Source: Terriglobia bacterium
Lineage (GTDB): Bacteria; Acidobacteriota; Terriglobia; Bryobacterales; Bryobacteraceae
NCBI GenBank assembly: GCA_963799755.1
Contig: CAWCYQ010000015.1
Location: 11,139-75,138 of the forward strand
DNA: 64,000 bases
Direction: 5' to 3'
In this document: positions 28,039 to 38,749 of the stretch, in pieces
Position numbering within the stretch: the stretch's first letter is position 1
Layout: every line of letters starts with the position of its first letter
Translations under genes and position numbers: made by a program
Notes under the pieces: model-generated
Told to the model about the DNA's origin: nothing
Seen by the model: the letters and a program-made list of their open reading frames with translations, nothing else
The model's database searches: none

Positions 28039-28979
28039 ACTTTTTTCAGGACACTCACGAGGCCATCCATCGATTCGACACTGGAGGTATACGGATCGTG
28101 CTGTGCGTTTCTGTAATGCGTCTCGAGAGAGAGTGTTCCGGAGTATTTCATGCGCTTCAGCGCCTGAAACTGGCCGACGAAATCAATCTCGCCGCCACCG
28201 ATCGGCTTCCATGATTTACCCGCCGCATCTTTCAGATGGATGTGCGTTATCCGGCTGTGATCCAGCTGATCCCAAGCTTTGGGAAAAGGCTGCTCTCCTG
28301 CCTCGTAACAGTTGCCGGGGTCCCAATTGTGCATGAGACGCCTATCGGGGATTATTTTGAATAACCTTGCTGTCTCGCCGCCCGTACCGACGTTGCAATC
28401 GAATTCGTTCTCCACCACAAGCGTGATGTTCTGCTGTTTCGCGACATCTATCGCCTTGTGCAGATTTTCTACAACACGCTCGAAGATAGAGGCTGGATCT
28501 GCTATCCGCTTGAACGTGAAGATGCGGATTCGATCCGTTCCCAGCGTGTGCGCGGCATCAGCAGCCCGTTTCAGATCTTCCATCTGCCGGCCGTACTCGC
28601 CTTGTGACGGGTTGAGATCGGCCGCGTTTTCTCCTATCGGATGAGTGCCAGGCAAAGCAATCTTATAAATCCCCGTATCGAGAACAGACAGCTTGACCTG
28701 GGCCTCATCCAGTTGCTGTTTGATGTGCTTCAGTTGATCCGGTGTGGCGGAGTTGTAAACATAGCGATTTGCTCCATTCAACTCGAGATTGCGAATCTCC
28801 GCCCAACGCAGTTGGTATTTGGGATAGAAGCTGCTCAGCACGTGGCTGAGATCGAGCGCAACCTCATCAGTGATGACGCCAAGCTTCCAGGGATAGTCGA
28901 ACTCTGCGGCAAAAGCCTGGCGGGCAGCGAAGCCGAGCGCCGCCAATGCCGGCAGCCGGTTGAAGTCTCTTCTGTTCAA
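28035..28979 (-). CDS. Tat-exported sugar-phosphate isomerase/epimerase (xylose-isomerase-like TIM barrel)
   Basis: N-terminal MNRRDFNRLPALAALGFAA. Motifs LVVENEFD, HNWDPGN and HIHLKD. Confidence 0.8.
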   Translation of the reverse strand: MNRRDFNRLPALAALGFAARQAFAAEFDYPWKLGVITDEVALDLSHVLSSFYPKYQLRWAEIRNLELNGANRYVYNSATPDQLKHIKQQLDEAQVKLSVLDTGIYKIALPGTHPIGENAADLNPSQGEYGRQMEDLKRAADAAHTLGTDRIRIFTFKRIADPASIFERVVENLHKAIDVAKQQNITLVVENEFDCNVGTGGETARLFKIIPDRRLMHNWDPGNCYEAGEQPFPKAWDQLDHSRITHIHLKDAAGKSWKPIGGGEIDFVGQFQALKRMKYSGTLSLETHYRNAQHDPYTSSVESMDGLVSVLKKV

Positions 28980-29052
28980 TTTGTGGCTCCTCGACCAGAG
29001 TAGCGGTAAGCAAGTTGTCCCGCAGCATGATATTCCTGTTTAGGCATTCTCT

Positions 29053-29820
29053 ATGGTCAATTATCTGGATCTGAGCGGCCGGGTCGCGCTCATTACTGGC
29101 GGATCTTCAGGCATCGGAGCGGAGACGGCGCGAGTTTTCGCGGAACTCGGCGCAGCCATCGCAATTGGATTTCATCGGAATCGCGAAGGCGCATTTCAGG
29201 TTCGGGACAGTGTCTCGAAGACCGGAGGAAAGATCGTCGCGCTCGAGGCGAATCTGGAGGAACCGGATCAGGCACGCGCCCTCGTTCGAGAAACAGAGAA
29301 TCTACTGGGCCCGATAGACATTCTTGTGAATAATGCGGGCTCGCTGATCGAACGAAAGCAGATTCTGGCAATGAGTGACGAAACCTGGAGCAGTGTGATG
29401 CGACTGAACCTGGACAGCGCTTTTGTATGTTCGCGGGCAGTGGCGCCTTCCATGGTTGCGCGCCGGACTGGGTCGATTATCAACGTTGTCTCGATCGCCG
29501 GCCGTAACGGCGGCGGTCCTGGGTCGGGTGCCTATTCCACGGCCAAGGGCGGATTGATCACTTTCACGAAAGCACTCGCTAAAGAACTGGCGCCTGAGGG
29601 CGTCCGTGTGAACGGCGTCTCTCCCGGGGTGATCGACACACCCTTTCACGAGGTGTTCTCTACTCCCGAAATGATCGCGAACTTCGTGAAGTCAATTCCC
29701 ATGGGTCGCGTCGGCACCTCGCCCGAGATCGCAAAGGTCATCGCATTTCTCGCATCCGACGCGGCCAGCTATATTACCGGCGAGACAATCGAGGTGAACG
29801 GCGGACAGTTGATGCTTTAA
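29053..29820 (+). CDS. SDR-family oxidoreductase (FabG-like)
   Basis: Motifs TGGSSGIG, NNAG, YSTAKGG and PGVIDTP. Confidence 0.85.
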   Translation: MVNYLDLSGRVALITGGSSGIGAETARVFAELGAAIAIGFHRNREGAFQVRDSVSKTGGKIVALEANLEEPDQARALVRETENLLGPIDILVNNAGSLIERKQILAMSDETWSSVMRLNLDSAFVCSRAVAPSMVARRTGSIINVVSIAGRNGGGPGSGAYSTAKGGLITFTKALAKELAPEGVRVNGVSPGVIDTPFHEVFSTPEMIANFVKSIPMGRVGTSPEIAKVIAFLASDAASYITGETIEVNGGQLML

Positions 29821-29842
29821 GTGCATTCATTAGAATGGCCCC

Positions 29843-30139
29843 ATGGCAACGCAAAAGCTGAATGATCACGATCTGAAACTCGCAGTTGAAAAGCTTTCGG
29901 GTTGGACAGTAAAGAATGAGAAACTTCACCGCGAATACAAGTTCCCCGACTTTGCGCATGCATTTGGATTTATGGCGACGGCGGCAGTGCTCATCGAGAA
30001 GATGAACCACCATCCGGAATGGTCGAACGTCTATAACCGGGTTTCCGTTGATTTGACTACACACGATACCGGAGGCATCACGGAGCGAGATGTGAAGCTC
30101 GCCGGTGTGCTCGAGGAAATCGCGCAGAAGCTAAGCTGA
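29843..30139 (+). CDS. 4a-hydroxytetrahydrobiopterin dehydratase (PCD/DCoH family)
   Basis: Motif REYKFPDFAHAFGFMATAAVLIEKMNHHPEWSNVYNRVSVDLTTHD. Confidence 0.85.
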   Translation: MATQKLNDHDLKLAVEKLSGWTVKNEKLHREYKFPDFAHAFGFMATAAVLIEKMNHHPEWSNVYNRVSVDLTTHDTGGITERDVKLAGVLEEIAQKLS

Positions 30140-32329
30140 TGCCCCGGGTGAATCGTTGGTTTTATCGGGCGCTACCGCTTACCTGCATCTTCTCTGGCTG
30201 CTTATTAGGCCAGTTCACGAAATATCATCCCGAGGACAAGCTGTTCCTTCCGGCCGGCAACATTCCGGATCAACCTCAGTGGATGACGGAAGATCTCGAA
30301 GCCCGCAATCCGCGTCTGGTCAGCGATGCCGAGTATGAGGAGTGGCTCCAAGGCATACATCAGTGGCGTCATGAGAAGCTCATCCGCATCGGCTACGACG
30401 ATTCGCAGTACAAGCGGCCGGATCTTCTTTGGACGCAGCGCGATTTCATTGCGCCCCAGATGATGGTGGAAGATCGCTTTTTTTACGATCCTAAGACCGG
30501 CCGGTACACCTCCGATCGATATCTCGATGACGTTGACGCGCGCTACGGCGGAATCGACGGTGTATTGATCTGGCCTGTTTATCCGAATATCGGTATCGAT
30601 AACCGCAATCAGTTTGACCTTTTGCGCGATCTGCCTGGAGGCATTCCGGCGCTCCGTCAGCTCGTTGGCGATTTCCATCGCCGGAATGTCCGCGTCTTCT
30701 TTCCGATGATGCCCTGGGACACGGGAACGAAAGACGAGGGGCTCCCTTTCTGGGACGCCGTCGCCAAACTGATGGCTGCAGTAGGCGCCGATGGGGTGAA
30801 CGGAGATACATTTCAGGGAATCCCACGGGCCTACCGCGTGGCCTCCGACGAAACCGGCCACCCGATTGCCTTTCAGCCCGAAGTCGGCATGGACACCGAC
30901 GAGTTTTTGATGTGGGATCAACAATCCTGGGGCTACTGGCATTATCCTTTCGAGCCGCTGGTGAGCGAACTGAAGATTCTCGAGCCGCGTCACATGGTGA
31001 ACGTCTGCGATCGCTGGGCCCTCAATAGAACCGACAACCTGCAGGCGGCTTTCTTCAACGGAGCCGGCTACGTCAGTTGGGAAAACGTGTGGGGCATCTG
31101 GAACGGCATTACACCACGAGACGGAGAAGCCCTGCGGCGCATATCTGCCATCTACCGGCAATTCGCCCCTCTCTTCGTGAGCCAGGAATGGCGGCCCGGC
31201 GTACCCACTCTGCAATTTGGCGTATTCGCGAGCGCGTTTCCCAGTGAGAACGAAACGCTGTGGACGATCGTGAACCGAAATAAATACGATGTCGATGGCC
31301 AGATGCTTTCGGTCAAGCACGTCGATGGAGTGAAATATTACGATCTGATGGCCGGACACGAACTGGAAATTTCCGCAAGCAACGGCCAGGACATTTTGAA
31401 GCTGCCGCTGGAAGCGCGCGGTTATGGAGCGGTGCTCATGACCCGCAAATCATCTTCGGCGCTGGAATCCTTTCTGAAACGAATGCAGCAAATGACCGCG
31501 CAGCCGCTCCATAATTACTCGGATGAGTGGCATGTGTTACCTCAGAAGCTGGTCGACATCCCGAAGACGCCTCTTCATCAGACGGTGCCCGATGGTATGG
31601 TCTCCATTCCCGCAGCTCACTATGACTTCCAGGTTTCAGGCATCGAGATTGAAGGCGAGAACAACCGCGGAGTCGACGTGCAATACCCTTGGGAGAATTC
31701 GCCGCGCCGCCAGCACCATCACATTCTGGATATCGCCGGCTTCTATCTGGACAAGTATCCGGTGACCAACGCACAATTTGCGGAATTTCTAAAGCGCAGC
31801 CACTATCATCCGAAGGACGATCATAATTTTCTCAGGGACTGGAAAGGCGGCAGCTACCCAGATGGCGTGGGCCAACAAGCCGGTGACATGGGTCTCTCTC
31901 GAAGACGCCCGTGCTTACGCCGCCGAGGCAGGCAAGCGCCTCCCGCACGAGTGGGAATGGCAATACGCGGCTCAGGGCTTGGATGGACGCCACTATCCGT
32001 GGGGCAATCAACCCAAGAGCGATGCGACACCTGCGCCCCAGACGGGTCGAGTCCTAACCGGCCCGAGCGATGTGAACGCTCATCCCTCGGGCGGAAGTCC
32101 GTTCGGAGTGATGGACATGATCGGAAATGTTTTCGAATGGACAGATGAATACGTCGACGATCACACTCGAGCGGCCGTCCTGCGGGGAGACGGCTACTAT
32201 CACCCTCAGGGCTCGCAATGGTATTTCCCGCACCCACAACGTTTATCGGAACACGCCAAGTATTTGCTTATGGCGCCGAGCAAGGACAGATCAGGAGCGC
32301 TTGGTTTTCGCTGCGCGGCGGATCGCTAG
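30139..32329 (+). pseudogene. large protein with C-terminal FGE-sulfatase (SUMF1/EgtB-like) domain, frame break near 31864-31868
   Basis: ORF 30139..32148 carries FYLDKYPVTNAQFAEFL...RDWKGGSYPDG and then goes out of frame. ORF 31862..32329 continues with WANKPVTWVSLEDARAYAAEAGKRLPHEWEWQYAAQG...GNVFEWT...GFRCA. Removing one base restores DGWANKPV. Confidence 0.7.
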
Positions 32330-32345
32330 GGCAGCCCCGCCCTTT

Positions 32346-33011
32346 TCAATGAGGCGCGGAGGCATTTAGCAGAGGCGCACTGCGGCGACTAATGCGATAG
32401 GCCGCCGCGGGAGGGACGTTCGCTAGCGCGCTGCCCATTCTTACCGCCCGTAACCCGAGCCGATCGAGGATTTCACGCGGTACGGGACATCTTGGAATAT
32501 AGGTGAACTGGTAGAGTGCGCCGCCGGGCCGCAAATAGCGGAATGCCCCGGAGAGAATTGCCATTATTTTCCTTGGCGACATGGAGAGAAGCGGCAGGCC
32601 GCTGACAACGGCGCCCACCGGCGCTCCGGAGAAAAGAGCAGCCTGGTTCAGACGAGCCGCGTCTGAACGCAGTACACGCGCTTCAGGAAAGCGACGATCG
32701 AGAATACGCGCGAAAGCCGGGCCACACTCGACCAATGTCAGATCTCGTTCTCTGACACCACGCGCGAGCAAAGCATGTGTAAAAACACCGGTGCCCGGCC
32801 CAAGTTCAATGACCAGCCCAGTCTCGGAAGAGATCTCGGAGGTCATGAGATCCGCGAGCGCCGCGCCCGAAGGCCGGATACAACCGACGCGCAAGGGATT
32901 CGCGATCCAGGCTCGCAAAAAGGGAGCGACGTCGCAGCTTCTCACTTCAAATCCTTGAACATGTGAGGAGTAGATGCGTGAAGATGTTTTACCAACAGCA
33001 CTCTCCGACAT
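32346..33011 (-). CDS. class I SAM-dependent methyltransferase (COG3963 phospholipid N-methyltransferase-like)
   Basis: Motifs FLRAWIANPLRVGCIRPSGAALADLM and VIELGPGTGVFT. The start is taken at MSESAV (33011) to avoid overlapping PadR. Confidence 0.7.
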   Translation of the reverse strand: MSESAVGKTSSRIYSSHVQGFEVRSCDVAPFLRAWIANPLRVGCIRPSGAALADLMTSEISSETGLVIELGPGTGVFTHALLARGVRERDLTLVECGPAFARILDRRFPEARVLRSDAARLNQAALFSGAPVGAVVSGLPLLSMSPRKIMAILSGAFRYLRPGGALYQFTYIPRCPVPREILDRLGLRAVRMGSALANVPPAAAYRISRRSAPLLNASAPH

Positions 33012-33063
33012 GGTAACTCTCCAGTGGTCCGCCTTGATGGATCGGGCAGCACGCCGCCATACC

Positions 33064-33393
33064 TCAGGCCATTCGAACAACCAGGCCCACAGCGTTCGAA
33101 AGCCGTTCCCACTGCCGCAGCTCTTTCTCAAGCTGCACTTTCCCCGCGCGCGTCAGCGAATAAAACTTCGCCTCACGTCCGCTTTCCGATAAGCGCCACT
33201 CCGAATTGAGCCATCCCTGCTGTTCGAGACGATGTAGCGCCGGGTAGAGCGCGCCCTGAGTAACCTGCAGAACTTCATCCGTCGCCTGCTCAATTCGTTT
33301 CGCGATTGCCCACCCGTGTTTCGGCTCTATCGAAATGGTCTTGAGGATCAGCAGATCAAGCGTCCCCTGGATCAGATCGGAAGGTTTGCTCAT
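33064..33393 (-). CDS. PadR-family transcriptional regulator
   Basis: Motif GTLDLLILKTISIEPKHGWAIAKRIEQ......QGALYPALHRLEQQGWL.....SESGREAKFYSLT.AG. Confidence 0.85.
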   Translation of the reverse strand: MSKPSDLIQGTLDLLILKTISIEPKHGWAIAKRIEQATDEVLQVTQGALYPALHRLEQQGWLNSEWRLSESGREAKFYSLTRAGKVQLEKELRQWERLSNAVGLVVRMA

Positions 33394-33532
33394 AAAAGTG
33401 GTTCACTGGGGCGCGACTGCAAACTGCCACACCCAATTAGTTTACAGACTGAGCGATCGCTTCCGGTGTCGGTGCGGTCTGCCTCGGTGAGAGACATATT
33501 CAACAGTCTCCACTCGTATATAGACCCCCAAA

Positions 33533-35863
33533 ATGCTTTTCTATCGAGACTTTTTGCACCGAAAGCCCTTCTTTTTCTCTGGCGTGCTACTGCTTGGGGG
33601 CGTCCTCAGTGCAGGTGGTCAAAACCTGGTTGTAACTCCGGCCACGGGTGCTGTTTACCAGGGGCAGACACAGACATTTAAAACCAACCAACCAGTAACT
33701 TGGTCCCTGATGAAGGGGAGCGCGGGAACCCTCCAGGTAAACTCGAGCACTTCGGCTACTTACACGGCGCCCTCCTGGGTGATTCCCACCCACACGCGCG
33801 GCGGATGCCAGGCAACGCCCGAAGATTCAGTGTTCAACACACGAATCGACAAGCTTCCGGTACTTACCAGCGTTAATGGGAACACGAATCAAAACTCCGC
33901 TAAGTGGATCGCCGGTATGAATTCCAGCTCGATTGGCATAGGTCCGGATTTCGGCGTGAATTTAGTGAACCCGGCCACACCGTCAGTGAATGAAGTGTTC
34001 GACTATACCCCGTCTCACGATGGTCCTTTTTCATCGCCGCCGCAGCCCACTCAAACGCGCCAAGGGGGTGCCTACCAAACAGATCTGAACAATACCGACC
34101 ACCACCTGATTTCGGTGAACACAAGCAACTGCCAGTTCTATGAGGTATACAAGAACTACTTCTCCCCGCGCACTTGCCTCAATGGCTCAGCGGGATGCAC
34201 CGCCAGAAGCGGAGTTTCCTACGCTTGGAGTTCGTATGCGCTACCAGCCGCAAGTACCCAAGCCTCGAACCTGTTGTACGGACCGACGCTCCTGCATCTC
34301 TCCGAGATCAAGGCGGGAGCCATCCGGCACGCCCTGTCGTTCACGTTGAGTGAGTACACTCTCCAGAGGCTGGCGTATTGGCCGGCAAACAGCACCAACA
34401 CGGTATACAACAATCCAAGTGCGCCGCCCTATGGCGCCCGCCTCCGCCTGAAGGCGAGTTTCGATATCAGCAGCTTCAGCCCGGCAGCGCAAACGATTCT
34501 CACTGCACTGAAGCAATATGGGATGTTTCTCTCCGACGCAGGCGGCCACGGGCCGGCGATCTTCGCCGACAGCGACGTGTCCGGGGATGCGGCTGTAATG
34601 GCCGGAATCTACCAAATCGACGGCGCTGGGATTTCCGCCCTGGATTTCGATGTAGTAGATGAATCAAGTTTCATCGTCAGCCCCAATTCAATGGAAGTGA
34701 ACCCGGCAAATGGATATGAAACGCCGAACACGTTCGCGGTACTGACGGCAACTCCGGCGTCCGGAGCCGCGATTACAGTTCCCATCGCGCTCGGGTCAGA
34801 TGTGCCGGCCGTGCCGTCTCCGACGCTTTACATCATCGCAGGCACCCCATCCTATAGCCTGACGAACTGGACGAGGTCGGGCCTCCCGTATCAGCCCGTA
34901 CGCTGGACCTTAATCAGCGGCGTAGGCGTGGTGACCCCGAACGGGCTTTACATTCCGCCAGCCTCAGTGGCTGGGCCGGTAAGTGCAGTGCTGCAAGTCG
35001 CGCTGTTGAACAATCCGGATTTATTCGACAACGTCTATGTCACGGTCCTTCCTGCGGGCGCCAACCCTGCGGGCAGTATCCGAATCGACGTCGGTAGCAA
35101 CGTCAGCACGACAGACCAGTCGGGGAATGTTTGGCTGGCGGACACCGCATTCGAATCCGCAGACAGCTACGCGCGCAAAGACTATCCAAGTTGGACAAGC
35201 CCGGGGAATACCGAGATCAACATTTACAACACCTTCAGGTACACCGAAGACGACGATCTGACTTACACGCTTGGTGTCCCGAATGGCAATTACAAGGTTC
35301 GCTTGATGATGGGGGCGCCTTATAACGGTCACTCTTGCCCGCAGCCCTGCACGTACAATGTGCTCGAATTTCCCACTGATTGGGGCCCGTATCACTTAAT
35401 TGCAAACGGTCAGGTTGCGGTGCACAATTTTGATTTCGGTCTTCCGATTTCGCATAAGGGTGCGACGCCATCGGATGCATTCATTCCTGCTCAGGTGACG
35501 AACAACCAATTGTCGATATCGGTGCGAGGCAATCGGCCGGACTCGATGGCAGGTTACGCGCCGGTGCTGCCGGTTCTGGAGGGCATCGAGATCCTGCCGG
35601 ATACTACAGCTCCTCATCTGACGATAGACGCACAGCAACAAACATCGGTAGCTCCCGGAAATCAACTTCAACTCTATTCCGTGGGCTGGTATATGGGCAA
35701 TGCGGTTACGTGGTCCGTGATATCGGGTCCGGGATCAATCGATCAGACTGGATTGTATAGTGCGCCAGCGATCGCTCCTCCGTCCGCCGAGACTGTTACC
35801 ATCCGCGCTACGAGTACAGCGAATAACGCGATCTCTGCTAGCTTAGCGCTGAGCATTCCGTAG
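33533..35863 (+). CDS. secreted multidomain protein with a malectin-like carbohydrate-binding region
   Basis: Signal-like N-terminus FFFSGVLLLGGVLSAGG. The segment IRIDVGSNVSTTDQSGNVWLADTAF.....Y...NGNYKVRLMM resembles a malectin domain. Ig-like segments flank it. Confidence 0.65.
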   Translation: MLFYRDFLHRKPFFFSGVLLLGGVLSAGGQNLVVTPATGAVYQGQTQTFKTNQPVTWSLMKGSAGTLQVNSSTSATYTAPSWVIPTHTRGGCQATPEDSVFNTRIDKLPVLTSVNGNTNQNSAKWIAGMNSSSIGIGPDFGVNLVNPATPSVNEVFDYTPSHDGPFSSPPQPTQTRQGGAYQTDLNNTDHHLISVNTSNCQFYEVYKNYFSPRTCLNGSAGCTARSGVSYAWSSYALPAASTQASNLLYGPTLLHLSEIKAGAIRHALSFTLSEYTLQRLAYWPANSTNTVYNNPSAPPYGARLRLKASFDISSFSPAAQTILTALKQYGMFLSDAGGHGPAIFADSDVSGDAAVMAGIYQIDGAGISALDFDVVDESSFIVSPNSMEVNPANGYETPNTFAVLTATPASGAAITVPIALGSDVPAVPSPTLYIIAGTPSYSLTNWTRSGLPYQPVRWTLISGVGVVTPNGLYIPPASVAGPVSAVLQVALLNNPDLFDNVYVTVLPAGANPAGSIRIDVGSNVSTTDQSGNVWLADTAFESADSYARKDYPSWTSPGNTEINIYNTFRYTEDDDLTYTLGVPNGNYKVRLMMGAPYNGHSCPQPCTYNVLEFPTDWGPYHLIANGQVAVHNFDFGLPISHKGATPSDAFIPAQVTNNQLSISVRGNRPDSMAGYAPVLPVLEGIEILPDTTAPHLTIDAQQQTSVAPGNQLQLYSVGWYMGNAVTWSVISGPGSIDQTGLYSAPAIAPPSAETVTIRATSTANNAISASLALSIP

Positions 35864-35866
35864 CCC

Positions 35867-36202
35867 TCACTGGCCTGAATCGAGCACAGATTTATCAAAC
35901 ATCCTGTGCGCCAGGCGGCGCACAGTGGAAAGTTGTTCCGATTCGTCTTGCCCATGGGATTCCCGCTCGATCCACTGCTCGACGGCCGCCAGGAATTCGT
36001 CGAGCAGCGGATTGCCAGCAATGGGATCGCCTTCGGGTCCTCTGTCGTCTTCAATGATTGAATGACAGACAACGATGCATTGGTCGCAGATGAAGGCTCG
36101 TGAGTCGTCGCTTGGGCTGGAGATGAGTTTTCCGACGGTATCCTGGCTCTTGCGGCAAAAAGAACACCTAAGCTCATTATTCGACTGTCCGCGGCCAAGC
36201 AT
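35867..36202 (-). CDS. stand-alone ClpX-type C4 zinc-finger protein
   Basis: LRCSFCRKSQDTVGKLISSP......ICDQCIVVCHSII is the ClpX N-terminal zinc-binding domain pattern. No AAA+ module follows. Confidence 0.7.
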   Translation of the reverse strand: MLGRGQSNNELRCSFCRKSQDTVGKLISSPSDDSRAFICDQCIVVCHSIIEDDRGPEGDPIAGNPLLDEFLAAVEQWIERESHGQDESEQLSTVRRLAHRMFDKSVLDSGQ

Positions 36203-36292
36203 CAGCGCCTCCTAAGAAGATTGTAGGCTGGATTTCGCGTCCCGCTATATTGAATTAAGTCTCCGTGACGTAACGGCATCCAAGGAGCTGCT

Positions 36293-38740
36293 ATCCCCGA
36301 AAAAGCGTTCGACCCTAAAGAAATTGAGCCGAAGTGGCATCAGCGGTGGACTGCGGACCCTTCGCTTTACACTGCCAATTCTCCGGACCGGCCAAAATAT
36401 TACGTGCTCGAAATGCTGCCTTATCCGAGCGGCAAGCTGCACATGGGACACGTGCGCGTTTACTCCATCGGAGACGCTCTGGCACGTTACATGTGGATGC
36501 GAGGCTACGATGTACTGCATCCGATGGGTTGGGATGCGTTCGGCCTGCCTGCCGAGAACGCGGCGCTCAAGGAAAACCGAGATCCGCGCGAATGGACCAT
36601 TGGCAATACGGTCCATATGAAGGCGCAGATGCAGCGGCTCGGCTTCGGCTTCGATTGGAGCCGAGAGGTAACTACCTGCGAGCCTGAGTATTATCGCTGG
36701 AACCAGTGGTTCTTTTTGAAGATGTTCGAGCGCGGCCTGGCGTATCGCAAAGAAGCGCTGTTGAACTGGTGTCCCGAATGCGCGACGGTTCTCGCCAACG
36801 AGCAGGTAGTGGACGGCTGTTGCTGGCGTCACGAGACCACTCCCGTTGAGCAGCGCGCGATGCAGCAATGGTTTCTGAAAACCACTGCTTATGCAGCGGA
36901 TCTGCTCGACGACATGAAACGACTGGAAGGCGGCTGGCCCGAACGAGTTCTGGTGATGCAGCGCAACTGGATCGGTCGTTCGGAGGGCGCTGAAGTAGAC
37001 TTCTGCCTGGAAGCTTCGCGCAAGAGAATACGCGTGTTTACCACGCGAATCGATACGATCTACGGCGCAACTTGCCTGATTCTGGCACCCGAGCATCCTT
37101 TGGTCGAAACGCTTGTCACGCAAGCGAGCGAGCGTCTGAAAGTCAAGGAAATGATCGATTCGACTGCCCGACAGGAACCCGGCAAGGAAGAGAAGCTGGG
37201 CTTGTTTACGGGTGGATATGCGATCCATCCTTTCAGCGGTGAACGGATTCCAGTCTGGATCGGCAACTTTGTCTTGCTGAGTTATGGTACCGGCGCAATC
37301 ATGGCGGTTCCTGCACACGACGAGCGGGACTTCGAGTTTTGCCGCGCATACGGTATTCCGATTGTGCCTGTGATTCGGCCGGCAGATGGCGTTCTTGCGG
37401 ATGTTTCCACTATGGACAAGCCGTTCACTGCATACGGCGTCGTCGAAAATTCCGGCGATTGGTCGGGACTGTCAAGTGAACAGGCGCGCAGGAAAATGAC
37501 CGCCTTTGCATCCGAAAATGCTTTCGGCGCATCTTCCATTACGTATCGGCTTAAGGATTGGGGTATTTCACGGCAGCGCTACTGGGGCACTCCGATCCCG
37601 ATCATTTACTGTCCCCATTGCGGCGCAGTTCCGGTGCCCGAAAAAGATCTGCCGGTGCGCCTGCCGGACAGCGTGAAGATTACCGGGGAGGGGCGCTCGC
37701 CATTGGAGCGTGTCGATTCCTTCATCAATGTTGCCTGCCCCAAGTGCGGCGAACCGGCCAAGCGGGAGAGCGACACCATGGATACGTTCGTCGACTCCTC
37801 CTGGTATTTCTATCGCTACTGCGATGCGCGGAACGATCAGGCGCCCTTCAGTTCTGAAGCCATCGCGCAGTGGTTTCCGATCGACCAATACATTGGCGGC
37901 GTCGAACACGCGATTCTGCATCTCATCTATTCGCGGTTTTGGACAAAGATGATGCGCGACGTAGGGCTAATCAGCAATGATGAGCCGATCAAGCGTTTGT
38001 TCACGCAGGGCATGGTGATTAAAGACGGCGCAAAGATGTCAAAGAGCCTGGGGAACGTTGTTTCACCGGATGACATGATTGAGCGCTACGGCGCAGACTC
38101 GGCGCGCATGTATTCCCTGTTTGCCGCCCCGCCCGAGCGCGATCTCGATTGGCAGGAGGACGGCGTTTCGGGCATCAGCAAATTTCTGAGCCGCATTTAT
38201 CGCTTTGTCACGCGCAATGCGGAGCGCCAAGATGCAGACGAGCACGGCGAGGCAGACCGTCAGGCGCTTCGCGCTCTTCATCAGACTATTCGCAAAATCA
38301 CGAACGACTTCGACAGCCGTTGGCACTTCAATACTTCCATTGCTTCGCTGATGGAGCTGACCAACACCTTGCTCGAGCTGGAGAACCGGCTTTCAGCGGG
38401 GGCCGCAAAGACGATCTGCCGGGACGTGACTCTGTTGTTAGCTCCTTTTGCGCCGTATACAGCCCAAGATCTCTGGGATTTTCAAGGCCATAACACCCCG
38501 GTTTTCAGAGAAGCATGGCCTTCTTACGATCCGGAGCTGGCGAAGGAAGACGAAGTCGAGATTCCGGTGCAGGTGAACGGTAAGCTACGCGGGCATATCC
38601 GCGTAGCACATGGAACGGCAGCCAGCGACTTGGAGCGACGGGCGCTCGCTGACGAAAAAATCACGGCGTTTCTGACCGGCAAACAAACCGTTAAAGTCAT
38701 TGTGGTTCCGGACCGTTTGGTGAATATCGTAGTGAAGTAA
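36293..38740 (+). CDS. leuS: leucine--tRNA ligase
   Basis: Motifs [13 protein letters not shown] and KMSKSLGN, plus the CP1 editing region. The conserved N-terminus [14 protein letters not shown]...KYYVLEM lies in frame upstream of the first GTG (36404). The only plausible start is ATC 36293, 5 nt after AAGGAG (36282-36287). Confidence 0.9.
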   Translation: MPEKAFDPKEIEPKWHQRWTADPSLYTANSPDRPKYYVLEMLPYPSGKLHMGHVRVYSIGDALARYMWMRGYDVLHPMGWDAFGLPAENAALKENRDPREWTIGNTVHMKAQMQRLGFGFDWSREVTTCEPEYYRWNQWFFLKMFERGLAYRKEALLNWCPECATVLANEQVVDGCCWRHETTPVEQRAMQQWFLKTTAYAADLLDDMKRLEGGWPERVLVMQRNWIGRSEGAEVDFCLEASRKRIRVFTTRIDTIYGATCLILAPEHPLVETLVTQASERLKVKEMIDSTARQEPGKEEKLGLFTGGYAIHPFSGERIPVWIGNFVLLSYGTGAIMAVPAHDERDFEFCRAYGIPIVPVIRPADGVLADVSTMDKPFTAYGVVENSGDWSGLSSEQARRKMTAFASENAFGASSITYRLKDWGISRQRYWGTPIPIIYCPHCGAVPVPEKDLPVRLPDSVKITGEGRSPLERVDSFINVACPKCGEPAKRESDTMDTFVDSSWYFYRYCDARNDQAPFSSEAIAQWFPIDQYIGGVEHAILHLIYSRFWTKMMRDVGLISNDEPIKRLFTQGMVIKDGAKMSKSLGNVVSPDDMIERYGADSARMYSLFAAPPERDLDWQEDGVSGISKFLSRIYRFVTRNAERQDADEHGEADRQALRALHQTIRKITNDFDSRWHFNTSIASLMELTNTLLELENRLSAGAAKTICRDVTLLLAPFAPYTAQDLWDFQGHNTPVFREAWPSYDPELAKEDEVEIPVQVNGKLRGHIRVAHGTAASDLERRALADEKITAFLTGKQTVKVIVVPDRLVNIVVK

Positions 38741-38749
38741 ACGCCAGGC

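Noticed and set aside
36245-37318. A 357-aa ORF antisense to leuS.
   Set aside because: It lies entirely within the well-supported leuS frame. It has no recognisable motif and a composition typical of an antisense frame.
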